Under the pieces are notes generated by a model. The model was given only the letters and a program-made list of their open reading frames with translations. It was not told where the DNA came from and made no database searches. From Candidatus Bathyarchaeota archaeon (lineage in GTDB: Archaea; Thermoproteota; Bathyarchaeia; Bathyarchaeales; Bathycorpusculaceae): a DNA stretch of 64,000 bases. The stretch covers positions 172,481 through 236,480 of the forward strand of contig CAVZPM010000001.1 of assembly GCA_963777155.1 (NCBI GenBank). The letters run 5' to 3'. Of the stretch, positions 50,160 to 60,714 are shown piece after piece. The position numbers and the translations under genes are program-made. Positions within the stretch are counted from its first letter, which is position 1, and the number at the start of each line of letters is the position of its first letter.

Positions 50160-50585
50160 ATGGTAACACTAATCAAAGAATACACATCCGCTCAGGCAAT
50201 AGCTGATGCAATGGACAAGCAGCTTTCAGAAACCAAGAGCGTACTTGGCGAGTACCTACGCAAACTCGATGAAATCCGTACGTTAGCGGAGAAATCAAAA
50301 AAAGTCCGCGAAGTCGTTATGAGGTTGGCGGGTAAAAAAGCTCCAACTGAGAACACAAGCGAAATCACGGTGGGCACATTGAACATTGTTTTGGATGCTA
50401 GTCCATACCATGAGTTAATCGCTATAGAATCGGTCGTGCGTAGTTATCAAGAACGTCTGCTGGTTTTGCAGAAGGTACGTGAGGCGCTCAAGTGGCTTGA
50501 CCAACTTGGTGACACGGAAGGTCTCAAGTACCTCGTTGTGGAGGACGAAGGTGTTCCAGAGCGTATCCTATTCAAGATATCCTAG
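50160..50585 (+). CDS. Hypothetical coiled-coil protein (helix-hairpin-helix, prefoldin-like topology)
   Basis: Two long amphipathic helices flanking EITVGTLNIVLD; beta-rich termini. Confidence 0.7.
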   Translation: MVTLIKEYTSAQAIADAMDKQLSETKSVLGEYLRKLDEIRTLAEKSKKVREVVMRLAGKKAPTENTSEITVGTLNIVLDASPYHELIAIESVVRSYQERLLVLQKVREALKWLDQLGDTEGLKYLVVEDEGVPERILFKIS

Positions 50586-50611
50586 AACACAAAGATAAGG
50601 AGAACAAAACG

Positions 50612-51418
50612 GTGACTGAGGCTCAAACTAATCCGCTCCAAATAATCCTTAATGAATTCAAAACCCTGAGCCCAGAAACCACAAACACACTAATTTTTAA
50701 CAGCGATGGACAAACCATAGCAAATACAAAAATCCAACCTGAAGAAGAAACCAAAAAACTCATATCCGACTTTTGCAGCATAGCCCAGCAAGCTCAAACA
50801 ATCGGTGGCATAGAAAACCTGATAATTCAGGCAGTCGACAGCCAACTAACTGTTACAACCATGGATAATCTGTATTTGACAATGGTCTCTTCGCGGGCAG
50901 CTAGCCAGGAAATTGTAAAGTCACTAACCTTAGTGGTGGTCCCCACAGTTGTCAAACTCATTAGCCAAAGGGCGATTCTGCCTACAGAAACCCAGTCGTC
51001 TCCGGCTATTGACCTTGAAGAAAAACCAGAAGAAATAGCTGTCTCACCCGCAATAGAAGAACCACTCATCGAACCAGTACCTAAAGCCGAAGAACCCGAA
51101 AAAACCTTCGAGCAGATTCTTCCCTTTATTCCTACTAACCAATTAATGGTTGAAAAAATCGTAGGCTTACTTGTCCCGGCTGATACCGTGCGAATTGATG
51201 GTGAAGTTATGGCGAAGTGGAGCGATCTATATGGTGGCAAGCAAATCTTAATGGTCAATATCGAAGCGTTGGATGGGAAAAAAGCCACCTGTAAGGTTAA
51301 GCCGATAAAAGAATCAAAAAACAACGTCAAAGGTGCAATTCAAATTCCTGAAAGAATTCTGGAAAATCTTCAGACTGAAAAAGGCAAGCTGGTTATGGTT
51401 AAACCAGTAGTCGAATAA
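50612..51418 (+). CDS. Roadblock-like domain + acidic linker + double-psi beta-barrel-like domain
   Basis: N-terminal LIFNSDGQTIA..GGIENLIIQ; C-terminal DTVRID..KGAIQIPERILENLQTEKGKLVMVKP resembles the CDC48/VAT N-domain barrel. Confidence 0.55.
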   Translation: MTEAQTNPLQIILNEFKTLSPETTNTLIFNSDGQTIANTKIQPEEETKKLISDFCSIAQQAQTIGGIENLIIQAVDSQLTVTTMDNLYLTMVSSRAASQEIVKSLTLVVVPTVVKLISQRAILPTETQSSPAIDLEEKPEEIAVSPAIEEPLIEPVPKAEEPEKTFEQILPFIPTNQLMVEKIVGLLVPADTVRIDGEVMAKWSDLYGGKQILMVNIEALDGKKATCKVKPIKESKNNVKGAIQIPERILENLQTEKGKLVMVKPVVE

Positions 51419-51433
51419 GAACGGTGAAAAAGG

Positions 51434-51835
51434 ATGAAGCAGAAAACATCAATTGAAACCTCATCCGCGCTCACTGATAGTGCAGCTATTGTTTCAGTTG
51501 GGGATGATAAGAACACATTCGCAACCTTGTCTGCCAGTTTAGCTGAAATACGCAAACTCAAGGGTGTGATTGGCTATATTCTAAGAAGCGAAAGCTTAGC
51601 TATAATAGATCTATCTGAACAAGATAAAATAATCGATTATGCCCTCTTGTCTTCTCAGATTTCTGAGTCAAGTATTGAAATGGCAAAACAGTTTAACTTG
51701 TCAAACATAGAGAGTGTGTTAGTTGAGGGTAAAAGCGCCAAAGTTCTCTGCATGAGCGTGGGCGAAAATAAGATTGGGGTTTTTATGGAGAAAACCGCGA
51801 CTCATGGCTGGATCATACAAAGAATTCTCCTATAA
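51434..51835 (+). CDS. Roadblock/LC7 (MglB-like) protein
   Basis: LAEIRKLKGVIGYILRS..IESVLVEGKSAKVLCM..IGVFMEK. Confidence 0.75.
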   Translation: MKQKTSIETSSALTDSAAIVSVGDDKNTFATLSASLAEIRKLKGVIGYILRSESLAIIDLSEQDKIIDYALLSSQISESSIEMAKQFNLSNIESVLVEGKSAKVLCMSVGENKIGVFMEKTATHGWIIQRILL

Positions 51836-52043
51836 TTTAAGATGTCAAACGATGATTATTCCCCCGTAATTTTGCCCCTCCTTTTTCAGAGATTCCAGAC
51901 AGATTTTGCAACAAAAAAAGCTCCATTTCTAAAGCGAAATAAAACAACAAACATCCCTTTTAGCCTTAAAGTTTATATTTGAGTTTGATTTTTGCAATAA
52001 TCCGAATTAAACAACATTCTAAGGTAATGTAGGGAATGATAAT

Positions 52044-53693
52044 ATGGCGTATTTAACAACAACGGGTTCAGGACAACCAGTCCTCATCCTTAAAGAAGGA
52101 ACAACAAGAAGTAGAGGCAAAGAAGCCCAAAGAAACAACATCATGGCCGCACGAGTAATCGGCGAAGTTCTAAAAACCACCCTTGGCCCACGAGGCATGG
52201 ATAAAATGCTGATCGACAGCCTAGGCGACATAACAATCACAAACGACGGCGCAGCTATCCTCAAAGAAATCGATGTGGAACACCCAGCAGCAAAAATGAT
52301 GGTTGAAATCGCTAAAACCCAGGATGACATGGTAGGCGACGGGACCACATCTGCAGTCGTTCTTGCAAGCGAATTACTCCGAAAAGCCGAAGAACTCCTC
52401 GATCAAAACATACACCCAACAATATTAGTCAGCGGCTATCGAAAAGCCTCAGTAAAAGCAATCGAAGCCATAAGCAAAATGGCTGTACCACTAGACATTA
52501 ACGACCGCAAAACACTCCTAAAAGTAGCATTAACCTCGATGAGCAGCAAAGCAGTTGGCTCAGCAAGAGACCACCTAGCCGAAATCTCCATCGACGCAGT
52601 CAAACAAATCGCAGAAAAACGCGGAGAAAAAACAATCGCTGACATAGACAACATCCAACTCATCAAGAAAACAGGAAAAAGCCTCCTTGAAACTCAACTT
52701 ATCCAAGGTATAATCATAGACAAAGAAGTCGTCAGCCCAGGAATGCCAAAAATCAAAGAGAACGCAAAGATTGCTCTCTTAGATGCAGCCTTAGAGATCG
52801 AAAAAACCGAAATAACCGCTGAAATCCGCATAAAAGACCCCAAACAGATGAAAGCATTCCTAGACCAAGAAAACAACATGATGGAAGACATGGTTACAAA
52901 AGTCAAAGCCTCAGGTGCAGATGTGATCTTCTGCCAAAAAGGCATCGACGACATGGTCCAGCACTTCCTTTCAAAAGAAGGCATTATGGCAGCAAGACGA
53001 GTAAAAGAATCAGACATGGAGAAACTTGCAAGAGCCACAGGCGGAAGAATTGTCAGCGACTTAGACGACCTAAAGAAAGCCGACCTTGGCAGCGCAGGTC
53101 ATGTCGAAGAACGCAAGATCGGTGACGACAAACTGATTTTTGTCGAAAAATGCAAAGATCCGCACTCAGTTGCAATACTTATCCGTGCAGGACTCGAACG
53201 CATGGTTGACGAAGCAGAACGCGCAATGACCGACTCACTCTCAGTCGTGTCAGATGTCTTAGAAAACAACAGCATCGTCGCGGGCGGCGGAGCAGTCGAA
53301 ATCGAAATCGCAAAAGAACTACGCAAGTACGCAACAAAAGTCGGCGGAAGAGAACAACTAGCCGTAGAAGCATTCGCAGACGCAGTCGAAGTCATCCCAC
53401 GCACACTCGCAGAAAACGCGGGCTTAGAGCCAATCGACATACTCGTAGAGTTACGACAAGTACATGACAAAGAAACCGGCAAATACATGGGAATCAACGT
53501 GTTCACAGGCAAACTCCAAAACAGCATCGAAAACGGCGTAATCGAACCAATCATGGTTAAAGAACAAGCCATCAAATCCGCAGCCGAATCAGCAGCCATG
53601 ATACTACGCATAGACGACGTAATTACCTCCAAAGCGCCAAAAGGCGGTCCAGGCGGCCCAGGCGGAATGCCAGGCGGCATGGGCGAAGAATAA
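52044..53693 (+). CDS. ths: Thermosome (group II chaperonin) subunit
   Basis: [32 protein letters not shown]-rich tail. Confidence 0.97.
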   Translation: MAYLTTTGSGQPVLILKEGTTRSRGKEAQRNNIMAARVIGEVLKTTLGPRGMDKMLIDSLGDITITNDGAAILKEIDVEHPAAKMMVEIAKTQDDMVGDGTTSAVVLASELLRKAEELLDQNIHPTILVSGYRKASVKAIEAISKMAVPLDINDRKTLLKVALTSMSSKAVGSARDHLAEISIDAVKQIAEKRGEKTIADIDNIQLIKKTGKSLLETQLIQGIIIDKEVVSPGMPKIKENAKIALLDAALEIEKTEITAEIRIKDPKQMKAFLDQENNMMEDMVTKVKASGADVIFCQKGIDDMVQHFLSKEGIMAARRVKESDMEKLARATGGRIVSDLDDLKKADLGSAGHVEERKIGDDKLIFVEKCKDPHSVAILIRAGLERMVDEAERAMTDSLSVVSDVLENNSIVAGGGAVEIEIAKELRKYATKVGGREQLAVEAFADAVEVIPRTLAENAGLEPIDILVELRQVHDKETGKYMGINVFTGKLQNSIENGVIEPIMVKEQAIKSAAESAAMILRIDDVITSKAPKGGPGGPGGMPGGMGEE

Positions 53694-53755
53694 ATTTTCC
53701 CCTTTTATCTTTCTTTTAATTTCTGCTAAAATTATTTTGTCAAAATTTGTATTTT

Positions 53756-53784
53756 TCTGATAATGCATATCAGAGCAAGCTCTG
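53756..53784. promoter_or_regulatory. Two overlapping inverted repeats upstream of the DUF475 promoter
   Basis: TCTGATA-ATGCA-TATCAGA (53756-53774) and CAGAGC-AA-GCTCTG (53771-53784), just ahead of a TTTTATAC TATA-like box (~53799). Confidence 0.4.
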
Positions 53785-53837
53785 TTTATTGAAAACGGTT
53801 TTATACATGAACACCGTAAGTTGGGCGTGCTTCAGCC

Positions 53838-54773
53838 GTGTCCCTGGTAGAGTCGATAGCTATAGTAGTTGGCTTGATAGTTTTCGAAGTTGTCAATAGC
53901 GTAGACAACGCCATCGTTAATGCCAGTGTCTTAAAAACGATGAGCGTGTTGTGGCGCAAAAGATTCCTGCTGATTGGCATCATAACATCCGTTTTCTTAG
54001 TGCGATTTATTTTGCCGCTAATAATCGTTTGGATTTCAGTACCTACAATAAGTCCATCTGACCTGTTTTTGGCATTTTTGGGGCAAAGCGACGTTGCCGC
54101 ATCCGCAATTGAACAGCAAAAGCCCATAATTCTAATGTTTGGTGGAGTGTTCTTGCTGTATCTTTACATTCACTGGTTGTTTCTTGAAAAGAAAGACCCG
54201 CTCTACATCGAAAGGTTCATAAAAGAAAAACATGGCGTCTGGTTTTTCGCTTTCGCCGCCATCTTGCTTGTTATAATAATGTACTTAGCCCGTGCTGACC
54301 CATTGGTAATGCTTGCAGCAGCCATCGGAAGTGCAACCTTCTTCATACTATATGGCATAAAAGAAACCGCTGAAGCAAACGAACGCAACATGGTCGCAGG
54401 AACAAGCAACTTAAGCGACCTCTCAAAATTCCTTTACCTTGAAGTTCTCGATACAACCTTTAGCTTTGACGGCGTTATAGGCGCATTTGCCTTTACCATA
54501 AACCTATTTCTCATTTTGATAGGTATAGGTGTTGGTGCGTTGGTGGTTAGGGAATTAACAATAAAGGGAATTGATACCATAGCTAAATACAAGTACTTAA
54601 AGAACGGTGCTTTGACCTCCATAGGGTTCCTTGGATTATTCATGATTATTGAGGGGTTCAATGTGGATTTGCCTAGCTATGTTCCGATAACCATCACATT
54701 CCTATTGATTGGTGTAGCTTTCTATATGTCCCGCAGACTTCTAAAACCTGTCAAGCCGAAAATGGCAATGTAA
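53838..54773 (+). CDS. DUF475 / TerC-like integral membrane protein
   Basis: EVVNSVDNAIVNA..L, FLYLEVLDTTFSFDGVIGAFAF, YLKNGA. Confidence 0.88.
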   Translation: MSLVESIAIVVGLIVFEVVNSVDNAIVNASVLKTMSVLWRKRFLLIGIITSVFLVRFILPLIIVWISVPTISPSDLFLAFLGQSDVAASAIEQQKPIILMFGGVFLLYLYIHWLFLEKKDPLYIERFIKEKHGVWFFAFAAILLVIIMYLARADPLVMLAAAIGSATFFILYGIKETAEANERNMVAGTSNLSDLSKFLYLEVLDTTFSFDGVIGAFAFTINLFLILIGIGVGALVVRELTIKGIDTIAKYKYLKNGALTSIGFLGLFMIIEGFNVDLPSYVPITITFLLIGVAFYMSRRLLKPVKPKMAM

Positions 54774-54876
54774 TTTACAACAACCATCTAAATAGCAAAC
54801 GCTAAAATGCCCTATCTTTGGTTTGCGTTTGTAGTACAAAACCTATTTATTTCTAAGAGCGAACCTTGTTTCCCGA

Positions 54877-54951
54877 GCTCCGGTAGTATAGTCCGGTCAA
54901 GTATGCCGGCCTCTCGAGTCGGCGACCCGGGTCCAAATCCCGGCCGGAGCA
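54877..54951 (+). tRNA. tRNA-Glu (anticodon CTC), intronless, CCA not encoded
   Basis: GCTCCGG/CCGGAGC acceptor stem; CCGGC-CT-CTC-GA-GTCGG anticodon arm; CCGGG-TCCAAAT-CCCGG T arm; TATA-like box upstream. Confidence 0.95.
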
Positions 54952-54972
54952 CTCAACTTTTTAAGAAGAGAA

Positions 54973-56076
54973 TTATTTGGATGTGAGTGTAGAGCATTGT
55001 TCTTCTACTGTTCGGTTAAGTGTTAGTTCTGCCATGCTTCGACTATAATCCATTATACGCCTTGAACTGTCAAAAATTAACCGTAGCACTGAAGCGATGT
55101 TTGGATCCAGTTTCTTGCTTGACATCAGCATGATTAGTTCATTTTCGAGAGGAATTATGGCTTCTCGTTTAGAAATTAGTTTTTCAGCGTCTTTGTAGTC
55201 TCGTTTGAAAAGAGCTTTAATGGAGTCATCATAGAGTTGATGTGCTTGGGTGCTAAAGTAGACCAGTTGATTGTATATTTCCTCATCTACAGGGTCTTTT
55301 ATGAATAGGGTTTCATTTTCAATTAGCTTCTGGAGAGATCCGAGGTTGATAATAATATTCACGGCGTTTTGCGCTATGCTCTCTATGTCGTTTACAGCTA
55401 TACGGTAGAGGAGAAATTCCTTGGGCGTTCGAAAGCCGAGTTCCCGATAGAGGTTACGTTCTATACCGTGCTTAAGTTGGCGGACAATGTATAGTCCGAG
55501 ACGGTTTACATCGTTGTGGGCGCTAATCACACTGTCAAATAGACTGTTGCTTCGATCTTTGAATGCGGCTATAGCGTCCCTGTTTGCTGCGAGGGCAACG
55601 ATGGCCATTCTTCGAACAGCTTTTTCGATTGGGAATTCTGAGTGTTTAATCAGGATTTGGAGAGTTATTTCGTCAGCTGTTTCCTCGATTATTTCTGAGC
55701 CTAAGAAGTGATCTCTGGCGAGGTTTTTTATTTGATTTTTATTTTTTGTGGCATCAGGTGAGTTTTTGAAGTGGATTCTTATAATATCGGCGCCTATGGC
55801 ATATAGGGCTCGGATCATGCGTAGGGTGGATTGTGTGGGTTCTTTTGGGTCTATGTTAACGTAGTATTCTTTGGGTTTGTTGCCGTCCTCTCTGCCTTCT
55901 TTTTCCATGATTTTTCTTGGAACCAGCGCGAGGGTTTGGTCGGGTTGAATGTTGAAGGCGATTTCGCTGCCTCGTTTCAGTCCTATGTCTTCTACCCATT
56001 CTTTTGGAAGGGATATGATGTAGGAACCTCTGCCAGTGCATTGGACTCTTCTGTAGCCAAGATCTTTTTCCGCCAA
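54973..56076 (-). CDS. AbrB-domain + PhoU-repeat regulator (archaeal PhoU-like)
   Basis: RRVQCTGRGSYIISLPKEWV..GL..G; DVNRL, IESIAQNA and RRIMDYSRSMAE PhoU helices. Confidence 0.85.
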   Translation of the reverse strand: MAEKDLGYRRVQCTGRGSYIISLPKEWVEDIGLKRGSEIAFNIQPDQTLALVPRKIMEKEGREDGNKPKEYYVNIDPKEPTQSTLRMIRALYAIGADIIRIHFKNSPDATKNKNQIKNLARDHFLGSEIIEETADEITLQILIKHSEFPIEKAVRRMAIVALAANRDAIAAFKDRSNSLFDSVISAHNDVNRLGLYIVRQLKHGIERNLYRELGFRTPKEFLLYRIAVNDIESIAQNAVNIIINLGSLQKLIENETLFIKDPVDEEIYNQLVYFSTQAHQLYDDSIKALFKRDYKDAEKLISKREAIIPLENELIMLMSSKKLDPNIASVLRLIFDSSRRIMDYSRSMAELTLNRTVEEQCSTLTSK

Positions 56077-56347
56077 AACGGTCACCCTGGTAAATGTTTC
56101 ATTTAGATTACATATTTCATGAACTTGCATATAAATGATTTTCAACAGAGTTATATAGAATACATGCTATTTTGTGGGCTATCTCCAGAAAAGAGGGGGA
56201 TAAAATGCCATTAAACACTTGTAGAATAGTTATGCGAAATGATAATCAAGTAACAACAAGCAAGGGTGTTCTATGTACAAACGACGTTGAACTTCACGTG
56301 TTGATGCTCACGTGTGCACGCTAACAAGAAAAAATGAAGGTTTATAG

Positions 56348-56791
56348 ATGAAGAAAATAATTGCAAAACAAGAAGCATGCATGGGCTGTGGACTATGCGA
56401 AGTCTACTGCACCACCCAGCATTCAAAATCAAAAGATATAATCAAAGCTTACAATAGTGAACACCCCAAACCCATAGCCAGAATCAGACGAGAAGTAAAC
56501 AAACCCGTCTCTTTTGCAATACAATGCCGCCACTGCGAAGACGCCCCATGCGTAACTGCCTGCCTATCAGGTGCCATGACAAAAGACCTCAAAACAGGTG
56601 AAGTCACCCACAACAAGGACAAGTGCATGGGCTGCTGGACATGCGTCATGGTCTGCCCCTACGGCGCCCTAATCATGGATAAAGAAGGAAAGGTCGTCGC
56701 CAAATGTGACCTCTGCCAAGGAATTTCAGAGCCAGCGTGCGTTACTAACTGCCCCAACCAAGCATTAGCATTCAAGGAGGTAAAGCCGTAA
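56348..56791 (+). CDS. 4Fe-4S polyferredoxin (DmsB/CooF-like electron-transfer subunit)
   Basis: CMGCGLCEVYC, CRHCEDAPCVTAC, CMGCWTCVMVCP, KCDLC..PACVTNCP. Confidence 0.9.
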   Translation: MKKIIAKQEACMGCGLCEVYCTTQHSKSKDIIKAYNSEHPKPIARIRREVNKPVSFAIQCRHCEDAPCVTACLSGAMTKDLKTGEVTHNKDKCMGCWTCVMVCPYGALIMDKEGKVVAKCDLCQGISEPACVTNCPNQALAFKEVKP

Positions 56792-58073
56792 ATGGCAAAA
56801 TACGTGATTGTTGGTGCTTCAGCGGCAGGAATAGCTGCAGTGGAAGCCATAAGAAAAGTTGACTCAGCAGGCACAATAACAGTAATTACCGAAGAAGCCT
56901 GCGCACATTACAGTCGTCCCATGATTAGCGATTTAGTCAGCGGCAAAGCAGACCTCCAAAAAATGAACTGCAAGACTGATGGGTTCTGGAAAGAAAACAA
57001 CGCCGAAGCACGCCTGGGAAAAAAAGTAGTTGGCCTAAACCTAACAGATAAAACCGTTAACCTAGAAGACGGAGAAAAAGTAGCCTACGAGAAGCTTTTG
57101 CTTGCAACAGGCGGCAAACCCTTCGTGCCAAAGATGGAGGGTCAAGAGAAAGACGGCGTATTCACATTCACTAACATGTCAGATGCCCAACGTCTGGCTG
57201 CAAAGATCGATGCATTAAACGCTAAGAGCGCAGTCGTTATCGGTGCAGGTTTAATCGGCATAAGCATCACTGAAGCTCTCAGTTAAACGAGGCATAAAAG
57301 TCACCGTCGTTGAGTTGCAAGAGAAAATCCTTAGTTTGCTCTTAGACGCCAAAGCATCCGACATCGTTGAAGCCGTCATCAGAAAAGCAGGAGTAAATTT
57401 TGCAACTGGGCAGTCAGTGCAGAAAATCATTGGCAACCCCGAAAACGACGGAGCAGTTGGCGGAGTAATCTTAACTAAAGGTGACCAAGTGCCTTGCGAC
57501 ATAGTCATCGTAGCCATAGGTGTCATTCCAAGAACCGAGCTAGTAGTGGGAACTGCTGTGAAACTAAATCGGGGAATAGTTGTGGACAACTTTATGCAAA
57601 CCAATGTGCCAGACGTCTACGCAAGCGGAGACGTTGCTGAGGCTTACGATTTTATCCTAAACCAGAATCGTCTGTTGCCGCTTTGGCCTTTGGCTGTTTT
57701 GGAAGGCAGAGTTGCAGGCTACAACATGGCAGGCGCCAAAACCAGCTATGAAGGCGGAACCAACATGAGCAGTCTCAAGTACTTCGGCATACCCATCGTC
57801 TCAATTGGCTTAGCTAACCCCAAAGATGACCCAACGCTTGAAGTGATTGTTAAACAGGACACCGAGAACAACGTATACAAGAAACTGGTCCTCAAGAACA
57901 ACGTAATCGTCGGCATAACCCTGGTTAACTGTATCGACCGTGCTGGAATTCTCTTCAACTTAATGAAGAGTCAGGCTAACGTGAAAAAATTCAAGCAAGA
58001 CCTGTTGAGGGATGATTTTAGCTGGGCAGTTTTACCTGTTATGCTTCAAAGAAAAATGAATGTGGTGCAATAG
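56792..58073 (+). CDS. NAD(P)/FAD-dependent oxidoreductase (NirB/Nox-like; joined across a frameshift near 57281)
   Basis: IVGASAAG, LLLATGG, VIGAGLIG, TNVPDVYASGDVAE. Confidence 0.88.
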
Positions 58074-58075
58074 AC

Positions 58076-59199
58076 ATGGATCAAAATGACAGAAAAATAA
58101 TCAACCCATTCGGCGATGACAAAGATTTCTCGGCCTGTGGGATCTTCGCTGCAATTAACACTGAAGGCAAACGTTTCGGATCAAAAGACCCTGTTCGCGC
58201 TATGGTAAACATGCATGACCGAGGCAATGGGTTAGGCGGCGGTTTCGCAGTCTATGGCATATACCCAGAATTCAAAGATTACTATGCCTTCCACATCCTG
58301 TACCTGAGCAAAGACGCCAAAGAAAAAACTGACCATATACTTGCTTCAAAATTTGATATAGTCTACGATGAGGAGATGCAAACAAAACCAGCAAACGTCA
58401 GAGATCCCCCCTAGTCTGGCGGTACTTCATCCAACCAAAAAAACTACGCCCCGAAAACCAAACCGAAGAAGACTACGTCATTGAAGCTATCATGCGCGTC
58501 AACACTGAAACAGGGAAGTCATTTGTTTTCTCAAGCGGTAAAGACATGGGCGTCTTCAAAGGCGTAGGATTCCCTGAAGATGTTGCAGAATTCTTTTGCT
58601 TAGAGGATTACCAAGGATACCTTTGGTCCTGTCACAGCCGATTCCCAACAAACACCCCGGGCTGGTGGGGCGGGGCTCACCCATTCAACATCCTTGACTG
58701 GACAGTGGTGCACAATGGCGAACTGTCATCTTACGGCATAAACCGTAGATATCTAGAAATGTATGGTTACAAATGCACCATGCAAACTGACACTGAGGTT
58801 CTTGCCTATGCGGTAGACTTGCTTATGCGAAGACAACAACTACCAATTGAACTTGTTGCACAAGTTTTTGCTTCCCCTCTGTGGAGTGAAATAGACCGGA
58901 TGGAACCCAAACAGGCAAACGTTCTACGATTGCTACGCCAAACCTACGGCAGTCTACTCATGAATGGGCCCTTCAGCATAGTGATTGCTCATCACGGCGA
59001 AATGATTGGGTTAACTGACAGAATCAAACTGCGCCCCCTCGTTGCCGGCACAAACGGCGACTTCATGTACTTATCTTCCGAGGAATCTGCCATGCGTTTG
59101 GTTTCGCCAACGCTTGACAAGTTCTGGGCTCCAAGAGGCGGCGAACCTGTGATTTGCAGATTGAAGAACTTCCAGAAAAATGCTGGAGGCTTAATGTAA
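58076..59199 (+). CDS. Glutamate synthase amidotransferase subunit (GltB1; joined across a frameshift in a C run near 58410)
   Basis: Ntn-type A/CGI, DRGNGLGGG, HSRFPTNT, HPF, HNGE, TDTE, DRIKLRP. Confidence 0.88.
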
Positions 59200-60710
59200 T
59201 GAAAACCTACGTAATCCCAGAATATCTTGTTGAACGAGACGAAAAACGCTGTATACGCTGCAAAGTTTGTGTTAATCAATGCACTTACGAAACCCATTCC
59301 TATGACCAAGAGACTGACTCTATATGTAGCAAGGACGAGAACTGTGTAAACTGCATGCGTTGCGTAACTTTCTGTCCAACACACGCAATCACAATCAAGA
59401 GGAATCCTAACGCTAACCGTGAAAATGCCAACTGGACTTTCGAAGCTATCAGTGATGTAAAAAAGCAAGCTGAAAACGGCGCCGTCATCATAACTGGTAT
59501 GGGTAATGACAAACCCTACTACACCTACTGGGACAGATTGCTTCTGAACGCGAGCCAGGTCACTAACCCTTCCATTGACCCTTTACGTGAACCTATGGAA
59601 ATTCGCACGTACCTTGGTGCGAAACCTGACAAACTAGATTTGGAATATGAGAACGGTGGAACCGTTCTAAAAACGCAGCTTACCCCTCAGCTCTGCCTTG
59701 ATACCCCGATAATGTTCTCAGCCATGTCCTATGGTGCAATTAGTCTAAACGTACATGAATCCTTAGCTCGTGCAGCTACAGAATGCGGAACATACTGGAA
59801 CACGGGTGAAGGCGGCTTAGATAAAAGCCTCTACAAATACGGTGCCAATACTATAGTGCAAGTTGCTTCAGGCAGATTCGGGGTCCACAGCGCCTACCTA
59901 GATGCTGGAGCAGCAGTAGAAATAAAGATTGGGCAAGGTGCAAAACCAGGCATCGGAGGCCACCTTCCAGGCGAAAAAGTCACTGAACATGTCGCCAAAA
60001 CACGTATGATTCCAGAAGGCACAGATGCACTTTCACCTTATCCGCAACACGACATTTATTCAATAGAAGACCTTCGTCAACTAATTTATGCACTAAAAGA
60101 AGCAACCAACTACACCAAGCCAATATCAGTAAAGATAGCGGCAGTCCACAACGCAGCCGCCATCGCTAGCGGCATAGTTAGGGCTGGAGCAGATATAGTC
60201 GCCATCGATGGTGTCCGCGGAGCAACAGGTGCAGCACCCAAAGTCATCCGAGACAACGTCGGCATACCTATAGAGCTGGCACTTGCCCAAATCGACCAAC
60301 GGCTACGGGAAGAAGGTATCCGAAGTCATGCAGGCATTGTTGTAGCTGGTGGCATTAGAAGCGCAGCTGATGTTGTGAAAGCTATTGCATTGGGTGCTGA
60401 CGCAGTGTACATTGGCACAGCCGCTTTGATTGCCATGGGCTGCACAGTTTGCCAACGATGCTACACCGGCAAATGCCCATGGGGTATCGCTACTAGTGAT
60501 CAATGGATTAGCAAACGCATCAACCCCGACATCGCATCTAAGCGCCTCGTGAATCTGCTTCAGAGCTGGAGCATAGAAATCAAGGACATGATGGGCGGCA
60601 TGGGTATAAACGCCATCGAAAGCTTACGCGGTAATAGACTAGCCCTTAGAGGCGTCGGTTTATCCGAGACAGAGCTAAAAATACTGGGCGTTAAAATGGC
60701 AGGAGCATAA
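59199..60710 (+). CDS. Glutamate synthase FMN subunit with N-terminal 2x[4Fe-4S] (GltB2)
   Basis: AMSYGA, NTGEGG, QVASGRFGV, EIKIGQGAKPGIGGHLPGEKV, HDIYSIEDL, CTVCQRCYTGKCP. Confidence 0.94.
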   Translation: MKTYVIPEYLVERDEKRCIRCKVCVNQCTYETHSYDQETDSICSKDENCVNCMRCVTFCPTHAITIKRNPNANRENANWTFEAISDVKKQAENGAVIITGMGNDKPYYTYWDRLLLNASQVTNPSIDPLREPMEIRTYLGAKPDKLDLEYENGGTVLKTQLTPQLCLDTPIMFSAMSYGAISLNVHESLARAATECGTYWNTGEGGLDKSLYKYGANTIVQVASGRFGVHSAYLDAGAAVEIKIGQGAKPGIGGHLPGEKVTEHVAKTRMIPEGTDALSPYPQHDIYSIEDLRQLIYALKEATNYTKPISVKIAAVHNAAAIASGIVRAGADIVAIDGVRGATGAAPKVIRDNVGIPIELALAQIDQRLREEGIRSHAGIVVAGGIRSAADVVKAIALGADAVYIGTAALIAMGCTVCQRCYTGKCPWGIATSDQWISKRINPDIASKRLVNLLQSWSIEIKDMMGGMGINAIESLRGNRLALRGVGLSETELKILGVKMAGA

Positions 60711-60714
60711 AGAA

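Noticed and set aside
56270-56347. Glutamine (glnA) riboswitch or NrpR operator before the glutamate synthase operon
   Set aside because: Neither the glnA-motif consensus nor GGAA-N6-TTCC was found
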